Assembly: GCA_045127455.1 (NCBI GenBank)
Contig: JBGVQK010000074.1
Span: forward strand, 6,431 to 70,430
Length of the DNA stretch: 64,000 nucleotides
Direction of reading: 5' to 3'
Origin: Eubacteriales bacterium
GTDB lineage: Bacteria > Bacillota > Clostridia > Oscillospirales > CAG-272
In this document: in pieces, positions 1 through 9,546 of the stretch
How the letters are laid out: each line of letters starts with the position of its first letter
Position numbering within the stretch: the stretch's first letter is position 1
Notes under the pieces: generated by a model
Told to the model about the DNA's origin: nothing
Seen by the model: only the letters and a program-made list of their open reading frames with translations
The model's database searches: none
Made by a program: the position numbers and the translations under genes

Positions 1-519
1 ATCGAAAGGCTCGCACAAATCGGTCTTATGCTTGGGGCTGACGTTCCGTTCTGCATTCGCGGTGGTGCAATGCTTGCCACGGGTGTTGGCGAGGTTTTAC
101 AGCGCGTTCCCAACATGCCGCCTTGCACGCTCGTTATAGCCATTGGCAACGATGGGGTCTCCACCCCCAAGGCCTATGCAGCGCTCGATGAAAAATACGA
201 CTTTTTCAAGCTTTCGCGCGAGGATAACACCGATGCGCAGGAGCTGATCGACCTTTGGCAAAACGACGCGCTTTCAGCATCCTGTACTTGCTTTTATAAC
301 ATTTTTGAGGATGTCGTTGCAAAAGAAAATCCCGACGTTGTGCTCGCCAAGCGCACAATGCGCGAAAACGGTGCAATGCGTGCTATGATGAGCGGTAGCG
401 GCCCTGCCGTTTTTGGCGTTTTTGAAGAGCAAAGCGAAGCCGAAAAGGCTTGCACCGCCCTGCAAGAGCTGGGATTCAAAGCCTTTGTTTGCCAACCACG
501 TGGGCAATATATTGATTAA
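1..519 (+). CDS. ispE: 4-diphosphocytidyl-2-C-methyl-D-erythritol kinase, 5'-truncated by window edge
   Basis: LGADVPF, STPKAY and MMSGSGP GHMP-kinase motifs; frame is open from base 1. Confidence 0.93.
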   Translation: MERLAQIGLMLGADVPFCIRGGAMLATGVGEVLQRVPNMPPCTLVIAIGNDGVSTPKAYAALDEKYDFFKLSREDNTDAQELIDLWQNDALSASCTCFYNIFEDVVAKENPDVVLAKRTMRENGAMRAMMSGSGPAVFGVFEEQSEAEKACTALQELGFKAFVCQPRGQYID

Positions 520-619
520 AATGCGAGATTTTCCCGTTTGTTCACACGTAGTTCACAACAAAGGTGTAACATATACGTGATTTTGCAGTTTGCGCGTACG
601 CGCAAGAAAGGAACCCAAA

Positions 620-1714
620 TTGAAAGAAAAAAATGAACTCTCGGCTTGCCGCCGTAAAACCTCAATCGGCGGTCAGGCTTTAATGGAAGGCATTATGATG
701 CGCGGCCCCAAAATGACCGCAATGGCTGTTCGCAATACCAAAGGCGAAATTGTTGTGGAGGAATTTGAAACCACCACAAAAAAGCGCCCCGCATTTTGCC
801 GTTGGCCCATCATCCGCGGCATTCTCGGCTACGTTGATACGATGGTGCTCGGCTACAAGTGCCTGATGCGCTCGGCAGAGCTTTCGGGTCTTGAGGACAT
901 TGTTGAGGAAAAGCCCAAAAAGAAAAAGAAGGGCAAAAAGGATGCTGAGATTGTAGAAGAGACTCCCGTAGCCGAAGCTCCCGAGGCTCAAATCGAAGAG
1001 CAATCCATCGAAAAAGAGGAGCCGAAAAAGGAAGAAGACAAAATGCCCGCGTGGATGATGACCCTTGTCTCGGTTATCAGCGTAGTGCTTGGCTTTGGGC
1101 TTGCCATTGGCTTGTTTATGCTGTTGCCCACCTTCCTTTACGGGCTTGTAGCTCCCTTTATTGAGGGAGAGAACCTTGTTCTTAATTCTATTTGGAAGTC
1201 TGCCATCGAGGGCGTGCTCAAGGTCGTTCTGCTTGTTGGATATATGGCAGCTATCTCGCTTATGAAGGATATTCGTCGCACCTATATGTTCCATGGTGCC
1301 GAGCACAAAACGATCTTCTGTTACGAGGCAGGACTCCCGCTCACGGTTGAAAACGTACGCAAGCAACGCCGCTTTCACCCCCGTTGCGGAACCTCGTTCC
1401 TGATCCTGCTGCTCCTGGTCAGCATCTTTATCTCCTTTTCCATCGACCCTATTTCGGCAGCCATCAGTGGAGCGGTGCTTCCGCTTGGCTTGCGTGCGCT
1501 TGTTAAGCTTGCACTGCTTCCCATTATTGTGGGCATTGGCTATGAGCTTATCAAATTTGCAGGCAGACACGACAATCTGCTCACACGCATCATTTCTATG
1601 CCCGGTGTATGGCTCCAGCACCTGACCGTTTTTGAGCCCGACGACGCTATGATCGAATGTGCTATCATCGCCGTTGAACGCGTTATTCCCGATGACGGTA
1701 GCGACAATTGGTAA
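620..1714 (+). CDS. DUF1385 (YqhQ-like) membrane protein
   Basis: IGGQALMEG, FHGAEHK and HPRCGTSF motifs; TTG start after AAGGA RBS. Confidence 0.85.
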   Translation: MKEKNELSACRRKTSIGGQALMEGIMMRGPKMTAMAVRNTKGEIVVEEFETTTKKRPAFCRWPIIRGILGYVDTMVLGYKCLMRSAELSGLEDIVEEKPKKKKKGKKDAEIVEETPVAEAPEAQIEEQSIEKEEPKKEEDKMPAWMMTLVSVISVVLGFGLAIGLFMLLPTFLYGLVAPFIEGENLVLNSIWKSAIEGVLKVVLLVGYMAAISLMKDIRRTYMFHGAEHKTIFCYEAGLPLTVENVRKQRRFHPRCGTSFLILLLLVSIFISFSIDPISAAISGAVLPLGLRALVKLALLPIIVGIGYELIKFAGRHDNLLTRIISMPGVWLQHLTVFEPDDAMIECAIIAVERVIPDDGSDNW

Positions 1715-1728
1715 TTTGAGAGGACTTT

Positions 1729-2271
1729 ATGAATACTGAACTGATCAAACAACAAGCAAAAAGCGCTGTTTCCGAATTGCTTTCGGTGGCAGGGCTGCAT
1801 AAAGGGGACATTCTCGTTGTAGGATGCTCTTCGTCCGAGATCGTTGGCGAGACCATCGGCCACGGCTCAAGCCTTGAGGCGGCAGAAGCCGTATTTGAGG
1901 CGATCTATCCCATTCTCAAGGAGCAGGGCATTTATCTTGCCGCACAATGCTGCGAGCACCTCAACCGCGCACTTATCATCGAGCGCGAATGCGCCAAAAA
2001 TTATGGACTTGAAGAGGTTTGCGTTGTTCCGCAGCCCAAGGCAGGCGGCTCCTTTGCCACCACTGCGTGGAAGAGTTTTGACGCTCCCGTAGCGGTTGAA
2101 GAGATCCGCGCGCAGGCGGGACTTGACATTGGCGGCACCCTTATCGGTATGCATCTGTGCCGCGTAGCCGTTCCCGTAAGACTTCAGCAAAACCGCATTG
2201 GCGATGCTATTCTTCTTGCGGCACGCACCCGCCCAAAATACATTGGCGGCAGCCGTGCAAAATACGAATAA
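1729..2271 (+). CDS. TIGR01440/DUF436 (YwlG-like) protein
   Basis: VVGCSSSE, QCCEHLNRAL, GLDIGGTLIGMH and RPKYIGG motifs. Confidence 0.88.
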   Translation: MNTELIKQQAKSAVSELLSVAGLHKGDILVVGCSSSEIVGETIGHGSSLEAAEAVFEAIYPILKEQGIYLAAQCCEHLNRALIIERECAKNYGLEEVCVVPQPKAGGSFATTAWKSFDAPVAVEEIRAQAGLDIGGTLIGMHLCRVAVPVRLQQNRIGDAILLAARTRPKYIGGSRAKYE

Positions 2272-2324
2272 AAGGGAAGAACTTGTGTTTTGCAAGAAAA
2301 AAGCAAAAAATATCCCGAATTCTC

Positions 2325-2354
2325 TTGACAATTCGAAGTACTTCGTGTTATAAT
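2325..2354 (+). promoter_or_regulatory. sigmaA promoter of the mgsA-like gene
   Basis: TTGACA-18-TATAAT; palindrome CGAAGTACTTCG in the spacer. Confidence 0.75.
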
Positions 2355-2392
2355 AAAGTGAATTTGGTTTTTTAATACCCAGCGAACCCCAC

Positions 2393-2406
2393 CGAACACT
2401 TGTTCG
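2393..2406. promoter_or_regulatory. Candidate LexA (SOS/Cheo) box
   Basis: CGAAC-ACTT-GTTCG matches the Gram-positive CGAAC-N4-GTTCG consensus; lies between promoter and RBS. Confidence 0.6.
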
Positions 2407-2432
2407 GAAAAAGAAAGGAGTGACCGTCTCTT

Positions 2433-2888
2433 ATGGAGATAGCAATCATTGCTCACGACCTGAAAAAAGAACTGATGACAGAGTTTTGCATTGCATATTG
2501 CGGCATTCTCTCAAAGCATAACCTCTGTGCTACCAGTATTACCGCAAAGTACATTGCAGACGCTACGGGACTTGAAATCGAGCGTTTGATGGCAGGTATT
2601 CACGGTGGAAAGCAGCAAATCGCATCCCGTATTTCTTGCAATGAGATCGACGTGCTTCTGTATTTCAAGGATACACGTCCCGACTCGCAAATTGAAGAGA
2701 TCGATGCAGAGTTGTTGCGCCTTTGCGACCTTTACAACGTGCCGGTAGCAACCAACATCGCCACTGCAGAGGTCATCGTTACCGCGCTTGACCGCGGCGA
2801 CCTTGATTGGCGCGAGATCTACAATCCTCGCTCTGCTTACAATCGCGCATCGCAAAAAAAGCCTGCGCAATTTCTCTTTGACGAATAA
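2433..2888 (+). CDS. mgsA: Methylglyoxal synthase-like protein with degenerate active site
   Basis: IAHDLKK, LLRLCDLYNVPVATN; has GGKQQ where active enzymes have GGDQQ. Confidence 0.8.
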   Translation: MEIAIIAHDLKKELMTEFCIAYCGILSKHNLCATSITAKYIADATGLEIERLMAGIHGGKQQIASRISCNEIDVLLYFKDTRPDSQIEEIDAELLRLCDLYNVPVATNIATAEVIVTALDRGDLDWREIYNPRSAYNRASQKKPAQFLFDE

Positions 2889-2897
2889 TTCGCCAAA

Positions 2898-3108
2898 CGG
2901 CAAAGACACGTCCCACACGACGCGCATCCACAGAGAATAGACCATTCCTTCGGGGATTGCTGAAAGGTCTTGTTGCAAACGTATGGGGTACCACTTAGCC
3001 GCAAATTCGCATACTAAATGAAGTGAAACGTCCGGGTGGAACCGTGCGGAAAATATCCACACCCCGAACAGATGTCTTTTTGGTATCTGTCGGGGTGTGG
3101 ATTTTTTT
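2898..3108 (+). ncRNA. T-box riboswitch (Thr) leader of thrS
   Basis: AGAGA and GCTGA stem-I motifs, probable ACC specifier at 2990-2992, GGGTGGAACCG T-box, terminator 3055-3108 with U-tract. Confidence 0.88.
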
Positions 3109-3164
3109 AGTGCAAAGTTAAATACGTTTTATATTTTTTCTAACATATAGAAAGGAAACTAACC

Positions 3165-5093
3165 ATGAAAATCAAAATTTTGGATCAAGTAAAAGAATAC
3201 GATGCTCCCGTAACCGTTTATGATGCGGCAAAGGATATGGAGCTGATTACGCGCGCCGTTATCGGTGCCGAAATTGACGGCAAGACCGTAGCTCTCACGC
3301 AAGAGCTGACGGCTGATACCGAGGTTAAGCTCCTCACCTTTGAGGATGCAGCAGGTAAGCATCTCTTCCGCCACACCGCTGCACACATTTTGGCGCAGGC
3401 AGTAAAGAGACTGTATCCCAATGCAAAGCTTACCATTGGTCCTGCTATCGACAATGGTTACTACTATGATATCGACTCCGAGGTTCCTTTTGGCGCAGAT
3501 GCGCTCAAGGCAATCGAGGGTGAAATGAAGAAGATCGTTAAGGAAAACCTCAAAATCGAGCGTTTTGAGCTTCCCAGAGAAGAGGCAATTGCTCTGATGC
3601 AGGAAAAAGACGAGCCCTATAAGGTACAACTCATTGAAGAGCTGCCTGAGGATGCTGTTATCAGCTTTTACCGTCAAGGCGAATTCACCGACCTTTGCGC
3701 AGGTCCTCACCTCTTTAGCACAGGTGCCGTTAAGGCGTTCAAGCTGACACAATGCACCGGTGCTTATTGGAAGGGCGACCAAAACAACAAGATGCTCCAA
3801 CGCATCTACGGTATCGCATATCCCTCCAAGGATGAAATGAACGCATACCTGCAACAGCAGGAAGAAGCCCTCAAGCGCGACCACAACAAGCTCGGCCGCG
3901 AGCTTGAGCTCTTTACCACGGTTGATAGCATCGGCCAGGGTCTTCCCGTAATGCTTCCCAAGGGTGCACGCGTTATCCAACTGCTGCAAAGATGGGTAGA
4001 GGACGAGGAGCAAAAGCGCGGCTATCTGCTCACCAAAACGCCCTTGATGGCAAAGAGAGATCTTTACAAAATCTCGGGTCACTGGGATCACTATCTTGAC
4101 GGTATGTTCGTTTTGGGCGATCCTTACGACGAGACCAAGGAATGCTTCGCGCTTCGCCCCATGACCTGTCCCTTCCAATATCAGGTATTCCTGAATAAAA
4201 AGCGCTCCTATCGCGATCTGCCTATGCGCTTGGGCGAAACCTCCACGCTCTTCCGCAACGAGGATTCGGGCGAGATGCACGGACTTATCCGCGTTCGTCA
4301 GTTCACCATTTCCGAGGGACACCTTATTCTGCGTCCCGAGCAGTTGGCAGAGGAATTCAAGGGCTGCCTTGACCTCGCAATGTATATGCTCGATACGCTC
4401 GGACTCAAAGAGGATTGCTCCTTCCGCTTCTCGCAATGGGATCCCGCGCGCACTGATAAGTACGAGGGCACGCCCGAGCAATGGAACGAGGCACAAGGCA
4501 TTATGAAGCAGCTCCTTGATGAAAACAACATCAATTATGCCGTTGGTATCGACGAGGCAGCATTCTACGGTCCCAAGCTCGATATCCAAATCAAGAACGT
4601 ATTTGGCAAGGAAGATACGCTCATTACCATTCAAATTGATATGCTGCTTGCAAAGAAATTTGGCATGGAATACGTTGACTCCAACAACCAAATGGTAACG
4701 CCTTATATCATTCACCGCACCTCGATGGGGTGCTATGAAAGAACCCTCGCGCTCCTGATCGAAAAATACGCAGGCGCATTCCCGCTGTGGCTTGCCCCCG
4801 AGCAGATCCGCATTCTGCCCATCGGTGACGAGCATATCGAGTATGCAAAGTCGGTATGCGATAAGCTCTCTGCTGCAGGTCTGCGTGCAGAGCTTGACGA
4901 TTCCTCCAATACCATCGGCTACAAGATTCGCAATACGCAGCTGCAAAAGGTTCCGTATATGCTTATCATTGGCGCCAAGGAAGTGGAGGAGGGAACCGTC
5001 TCCGTGCGTAACCGCGCAGGTGAAACGGTCTCCAAGCCCGTTGATGCCTTCTTGGCAGAGGCACTCGTTGAAGTTGCTACCAAAAAGAGATAA
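3165..5093 (+). CDS. thrS: Threonine--tRNA ligase
   Basis: RHTAAH, DLCAGPH, RDHNKLG, RPMTCP, AAFYGPK motifs. Confidence 0.98.
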   Translation: MKIKILDQVKEYDAPVTVYDAAKDMELITRAVIGAEIDGKTVALTQELTADTEVKLLTFEDAAGKHLFRHTAAHILAQAVKRLYPNAKLTIGPAIDNGYYYDIDSEVPFGADALKAIEGEMKKIVKENLKIERFELPREEAIALMQEKDEPYKVQLIEELPEDAVISFYRQGEFTDLCAGPHLFSTGAVKAFKLTQCTGAYWKGDQNNKMLQRIYGIAYPSKDEMNAYLQQQEEALKRDHNKLGRELELFTTVDSIGQGLPVMLPKGARVIQLLQRWVEDEEQKRGYLLTKTPLMAKRDLYKISGHWDHYLDGMFVLGDPYDETKECFALRPMTCPFQYQVFLNKKRSYRDLPMRLGETSTLFRNEDSGEMHGLIRVRQFTISEGHLILRPEQLAEEFKGCLDLAMYMLDTLGLKEDCSFRFSQWDPARTDKYEGTPEQWNEAQGIMKQLLDENNINYAVGIDEAAFYGPKLDIQIKNVFGKEDTLITIQIDMLLAKKFGMEYVDSNNQMVTPYIIHRTSMGCYERTLALLIEKYAGAFPLWLAPEQIRILPIGDEHIEYAKSVCDKLSAAGLRAELDDSSNTIGYKIRNTQLQKVPYMLIIGAKEVEEGTVSVRNRAGETVSKPVDAFLAEALVEVATKKR

Positions 5094-5102
5094 AAATAGT
5101 TT

Positions 5103-5131
5103 AGCGGAGAGGGAAACCTCTCCGCTTTTTT
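5103..5131 (+). terminator. Intrinsic terminator of thrS
   Basis: AGCGGAGAGG-GAAA-CCTCTCCGCT followed by T run. Confidence 0.88.
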
Positions 5132-5140
5132 AAATTTTCT

Positions 5141-5254
5141 GTTGACTTTTCCTCCAAAATATAGTATAATCTTTTTAAACAGACGATTTTTGTGCATTCG
5201 AGGCAAATTGCCCAAAAAATCGACTTGACCGAATATAAATAAATGTGTTATAAT
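5141..5254 (+). promoter_or_regulatory. Two tandem sigmaA-like promoters upstream of the lipid-kinase operon
   Basis: TTGACT-17-TATAAT and TTGACC..TG-TATAAT. Confidence 0.6.
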
Positions 5255-5317
5255 TTTCTTTGATGATGCGCTTTTTCTACAAAAAGCAACAAACTCACCA
5301 ATCAAAGGAGACATATT

Positions 5318-6208
5318 ATGTATTATATTCTTTATAACACCCTTTCCGGCAATAAGCAAGGATTGGAATATTCTCGCCTGCTTTTGGGTAATTCTGTACC
5401 TGAGGATGCAACGATGGTCGATATTATCTCCATCAAGAGCTATGCCGATTTTTGGTCGAGTATCGACCTTGAAAACGATACCGTTATCCTCTCCGGCGGA
5501 GACGGCACACTCAACCGCTTTATTAACGAAAATGTTGGTTTGACGCTCCCTAAAAATCTTTTCTATTTTGCTTCCGGTAGCGGCAACGACTTCAAAAAGG
5601 ACGTAGCGGTTGATGATAATCCGCTCATCCCTCTGCATAAATATATCAATGAACTTCCTACCGTTACCGTAAACGGCAAGACCTCTTACTTTATCAACGG
5701 CATTGGCTACGGCATTGATGGTTACTGCTGTGAAGAAGGGGATAGACTCAAGGCAAAATCCGAAAAGCCGGTTAACTACACGTCGATCGCTATTAAGGGG
5801 CTTTTGTTCCACTTTAAGCCCAGAAACGCGAGAGTAACTGTTGACGGCGTTACAAAGGAATATAAACGTGTTTGGATCGCCCCCACAATGAAGGGCAGAT
5901 ACTATGGCGGCGGAATGATGGTTGCCCCCCTGCAGGATCGTTTCGATCCCGAAGGGAAGGTATCGTTTGCTCCTCTTTATAACTCGGGCGCGCTTAAAAC
6001 CCTCATGGTTTTCCCGTCTATATTCAAGGGTGAACACGTCAAGCATACCAAATTGGTTGAAATTCTCAGAGGACACGAGATTACCGTTGAGTTCGACCGT
6101 CCCACCTCGCTTCAAATTGACGGTGAAACCGTTCTCGGTGTTACATCTTACACAGTAAAAACCGGCAAAACTGCAAACAAAAAGGAGTGTGCAGCTGCCG
6201 AGGTATAA
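5318..6208 (+). CDS. Diacylglycerol/lipid kinase family protein (YegS/BmrU-like)
   Basis: GGDGTL, GSGNDF and QIDGE motifs. Confidence 0.88.
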   Translation: MYYILYNTLSGNKQGLEYSRLLLGNSVPEDATMVDIISIKSYADFWSSIDLENDTVILSGGDGTLNRFINENVGLTLPKNLFYFASGSGNDFKKDVAVDDNPLIPLHKYINELPTVTVNGKTSYFINGIGYGIDGYCCEEGDRLKAKSEKPVNYTSIAIKGLLFHFKPRNARVTVDGVTKEYKRVWIAPTMKGRYYGGGMMVAPLQDRFDPEGKVSFAPLYNSGALKTLMVFPSIFKGEHVKHTKLVEILRGHEITVEFDRPTSLQIDGETVLGVTSYTVKTGKTANKKECAAAEV

Positions 6209-6222
6209 GAAAGGCAGTTTTT

Positions 6223-7017
6223 ATGCTCAGTTACATTTTTGCGGCGCTTTCTGCGCTGGGCAGTATTCTGCTCGTTTTTGGCACACAAATCCATTGGCTG
6301 TGGCTTTTGCCCATCGGTGTTGGAATGTATGTCGCACTGAATGCGCTCTTTTTTGGAGCCCTTTGGTTTTCTACCATCTTTCTGCCCAAAAAAGACCCGA
6401 TCGACAAACCGCGCAACTTTTATGGTATCATTCGTTTTGTTTGTGATTGGGCTATGACTGCTCTGCGTGTCAAAACCGTTTTTCGAGGAATGGAAAAGTT
6501 CCCGAATGAACCATTTGTGCTTGTTTCCAACCATATTTCCAACTTTGACCCCGTAGTGGTTTTGTCAAAGGTGAAGGGAAGAAAGATCGCTTTCATCTCC
6601 AAGCCTTCAAATTTTAAAATTCCCGTAGCAGGCCCTTACACGCACAATGCGGGATTTTTGGCTATCGACCGCCAGAATGCAATGAAAGCAATGCGTACCA
6701 TCAAGCGTGCCGCCGAGCTTGTTGTCAGTGAGCAAATGATCATGGGCATTTACCCCGAGGGTACAAGGAGCAAAACGGGCGAGCTGCTTGCATTCAAGGA
6801 GGGCGCGTTCCTGCTTGCAAAGCGCGCAAATGCTCCCGTTGTTGTTATGACCACAAAGGGGACAAACAACATTGCCAAGCGTATGGTCCTTCGTTCCACA
6901 AAGGTCGAGCTTGACGTTATCGAGGTTATTGATAAAGAAACCGTACAAAATACAAGGCTGAGCGATCTTAGCGCCCATGTGCACGAAAGCATTGCAAACG
7001 CTTTGCAACAAAAGTAA
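6223..7017 (+). CDS. plsC: 1-acyl-sn-glycerol-3-phosphate acyltransferase (PlsC family)
   Basis: NHISNFD (HX4D) and YPEGTRS motifs; N-terminal TM helices. Confidence 0.82.
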   Translation: MLSYIFAALSALGSILLVFGTQIHWLWLLPIGVGMYVALNALFFGALWFSTIFLPKKDPIDKPRNFYGIIRFVCDWAMTALRVKTVFRGMEKFPNEPFVLVSNHISNFDPVVVLSKVKGRKIAFISKPSNFKIPVAGPYTHNAGFLAIDRQNAMKAMRTIKRAAELVVSEQMIMGIYPEGTRSKTGELLAFKEGAFLLAKRANAPVVVMTTKGTNNIAKRMVLRSTKVELDVIEVIDKETVQNTRLSDLSAHVHESIANALQQK

Positions 7018-7040
7018 ACAAATTTAAAGAGGTGCTCCGA

Positions 7041-7871
7041 ATGAATCTGCAAATCCTTACCAAAAGCAATTTGCACACACACACAACCTTTGCCGACGGA
7101 AAGCATACGGCAGAGGAGGTCGTGCTGTCTGCAATCGATGCGGGAATGGACGTGTTGGGCTTTTCGGAGCATTCTTTTCATTCTCATCCAACCGTTTTCG
7201 GTATGAAATCGCCCGAGCGAGAGGAAGAATACCGCCAAGAAATAGAACGTCTTAAGGTTGTTTATGCTGACCGCATCAAAATTTTGTGCGGCATCGAGCA
7301 GGATTCACAAAGCGGTGTGCCAAATAGCGTTTACGATTACGTCATCGGCTCGGTGCACTATATTTCCTTGAATGGGGAGCTTTGCTCTGTCGACCACACA
7401 GCAGAAATAACATTAAATGCTATTCAAAAGCATTGCGGCGGTGATCCAATGCTTTATGCAAAAGCTTATTTTGAAGCGCTTGCAAGGGTAGAAGAGGACA
7501 CGCAATGCGATATTGTCGGGCACTTTGATCTGCTCACCAAATTTGACGAGCGTGCAGCGATCTTTGATACGAGCGATCCGCGCTACATCAAAGCAGGGCT
7601 CGAAGCACTCGATGCACTCCTTGAAAAAGACGTTATTTTTGAGGTCAACACGGGTGCTATGTCACGTGGATATCGCACAACGCCGTATCCCGCTCCCATC
7701 TTCCTGCGTCGCATTGCCGAGAAGAGGGGAAACATTGTCCTATCATCTGATGCGCATAACAAAAACCACTTGACCTACGGCTTTGATGCGGCTTTGCAGA
7801 TCATCAAAGCAAGCGGCATAGGTTCTGTATTGACTATGACGAAGGATGGCTGGAAAAATATCACCATTTAA
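7041..7871 (+). CDS. PHP-domain phosphatase, HisJ/HisK histidinol-phosphatase family
   Basis: NLHTH, FSEH, GSVH, GHFD and SSDAH motifs. Confidence 0.8.
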   Translation: MNLQILTKSNLHTHTTFADGKHTAEEVVLSAIDAGMDVLGFSEHSFHSHPTVFGMKSPEREEEYRQEIERLKVVYADRIKILCGIEQDSQSGVPNSVYDYVIGSVHYISLNGELCSVDHTAEITLNAIQKHCGGDPMLYAKAYFEALARVEEDTQCDIVGHFDLLTKFDERAAIFDTSDPRYIKAGLEALDALLEKDVIFEVNTGAMSRGYRTTPYPAPIFLRRIAEKRGNIVLSSDAHNKNHLTYGFDAALQIIKASGIGSVLTMTKDGWKNITI

Positions 7872-7890
7872 CGAAAAAAGATTGTAAAAT

Positions 7891-7932
7891 AACGGCAGTT
7901 GCACTTGACAAACTGCCGTTTTTTTGATATAC
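7891..7932 (+). promoter_or_regulatory. Terminator hairpin overlapping the glyA sigmaA promoter
   Basis: AACGGCAGTT..AACTGCCGTT plus T run; TTGACA(7904)-17-TATACT. Confidence 0.7.
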
Positions 7933-7966
7933 TAAAGCATATTTTATTCCAAGGAGGGAAAACACT

Positions 7967-9205
7967 ATGAACTTTTTTGATGAACTCGTCAATTACGACA
8001 AAGAGGTTTTTGATGCGTGTGAGCTGGAATTGAACCGTCAACGCCAAAATATCGAACTCATCGCATCCGAAAACATCGTTTCCAAGGCGGTCCTTTTGGC
8101 GGCGGGAACGGTACTCACCAACAAATATGCAGAGGGTTTTCCCGGCAAACGCTACTACGGCGGTTGCCAATACGTTGATATCGTAGAGGATATCGCACGC
8201 GAGAGAGCAAAAAAGCTCTTTGGTGCAGAGCACGCAAACGTACAACCTCACTGCGGCGCATCTGCTAACCTTGCCGTTTTCTTCGCTTTCCTTAATCCCG
8301 GTGATACTGTTATGGGGCTTAACTTGGCGCACGGCGGACATCTCTCCCATGGCTCTCCCGTTAATATTTCTGGTAAATACTTTAACATCGTTCCTTACAG
8401 CGTTGCGGATGATACCGAAATGCTCGATTACGAAGAAATGCGTCGCATTGCACTTGAGTGCAAGCCCAAGCTGATCGTTGCAGGCGCAAGTGCGTATTCC
8501 CGCACCATTGATTTTGCAAAGATCCGCGAGATTGCCGATGAGGTAGGCGCTATTTATATGGTCGATATGGCGCATATTGCAGGCTTGGTTGCCGCAGGAC
8601 TTCATCCCAGTCCCGTGCCTTATGCCGACGTTGTTACCACCACCACGCACAAAACACTGCGCGGTCCCCGTGGCGGTCTTATCCTTTGCCGCGAAAAGTG
8701 GGCAAAACAGATCGACAAAGCGATCTTTCCGGGTACACAGGGCGGTCCCTTGATGCACATCATTGCCGCTAAGGCGGTTGCTTTTGGCGAAGCCATGACC
8801 GAGGAATTCAAGGACTATCAAAAGCAGATCGTTAAGAACGCAAAGGTTCTTTGCAATGCCTTGAGTGAGGCAGGGTTCCGCATCGTTTCGGGTGACACCG
8901 ATAACCACCTAATGCTCATCGACCTTCGCCCCTTCGGCATTACGGGTAAGGAGATGGAAAAGCGTCTTGACGAGGTTCACATCACTGTCAACAAAAACGC
9001 CATTCCCAACGACCCCGAAACGCCCTTTGTTACCAGCGGCATTCGCGTAGGTACACCTGCCGTTACCTCTCGCGGTTTTGGGGAAGCGGAAATGCTCAAG
9101 ATCGCACAATGGCTCAAGGATATTGCCACCGACTTTGAGGGCAACCGCGAGCGTGTTACCGCCGAGGTTATGGCTCTGTGCGAAAAGTATCCCATTTACA
9201 ACTGA
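7967..9205 (+). CDS. glyA: Serine hydroxymethyltransferase
   Basis: [33 protein letters not shown]. Confidence 0.98.
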   Translation: MNFFDELVNYDKEVFDACELELNRQRQNIELIASENIVSKAVLLAAGTVLTNKYAEGFPGKRYYGGCQYVDIVEDIARERAKKLFGAEHANVQPHCGASANLAVFFAFLNPGDTVMGLNLAHGGHLSHGSPVNISGKYFNIVPYSVADDTEMLDYEEMRRIALECKPKLIVAGASAYSRTIDFAKIREIADEVGAIYMVDMAHIAGLVAAGLHPSPVPYADVVTTTTHKTLRGPRGGLILCREKWAKQIDKAIFPGTQGGPLMHIIAAKAVAFGEAMTEEFKDYQKQIVKNAKVLCNALSEAGFRIVSGDTDNHLMLIDLRPFGITGKEMEKRLDEVHITVNKNAIPNDPETPFVTSGIRVGTPAVTSRGFGEAEMLKIAQWLKDIATDFEGNRERVTAEVMALCEKYPIYN

Positions 9206-9271
9206 TTATTCTAAATAAAATAAGAAAAAAGCATTGACAAATCTTTTTTCTTATGCTATAATGACTTCAAA

Positions 9272-9432
9272 TGATAGAGGCGCACCACAAGATGAGTAAC
9301 CAACGTGCAAAAGCCTGCGCAGGCGTTGCGGTGGAGAAGGGCTTGGGTGCCGAAGGGCGGGAGAGCGCGTAACCGTTCCTGGCATTGCGGAAAATATCCG
9401 TCATGCTGTCGCAGCAATGCGGAGAGCTATCC
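9272..9432 (+). ncRNA. Lysine riboswitch
   Basis: GATAGAGGCGC..GAGTA..AAGGG..GCCGAA..CTGTC..GGAGAGCTATC; downstream of TTGACA-17-TATAAT and upstream of dapA-dapB-lysA. Confidence 0.9.
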
Positions 9433-9546
9433 ACATCCCGTCAACGTGCCGCCGATAGGTGGTTTTGTGGGCAGGGGTACGCTCTTTGGCGCACTCCTGC
9501 CTATCAATTTGAAAAGATTGAAAAACCGAAAGGACACAAATACACT

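Noticed and set aside
3159-4946. 595-aa minus-strand ORF
   Set aside because: Antisense shadow of thrS.
9385-9546. N-terminal extension of DapA in the ORF track
   Set aside because: Overlaps the lysine riboswitch; the real start is the ATG at 9547 after an AAAGGA RBS.
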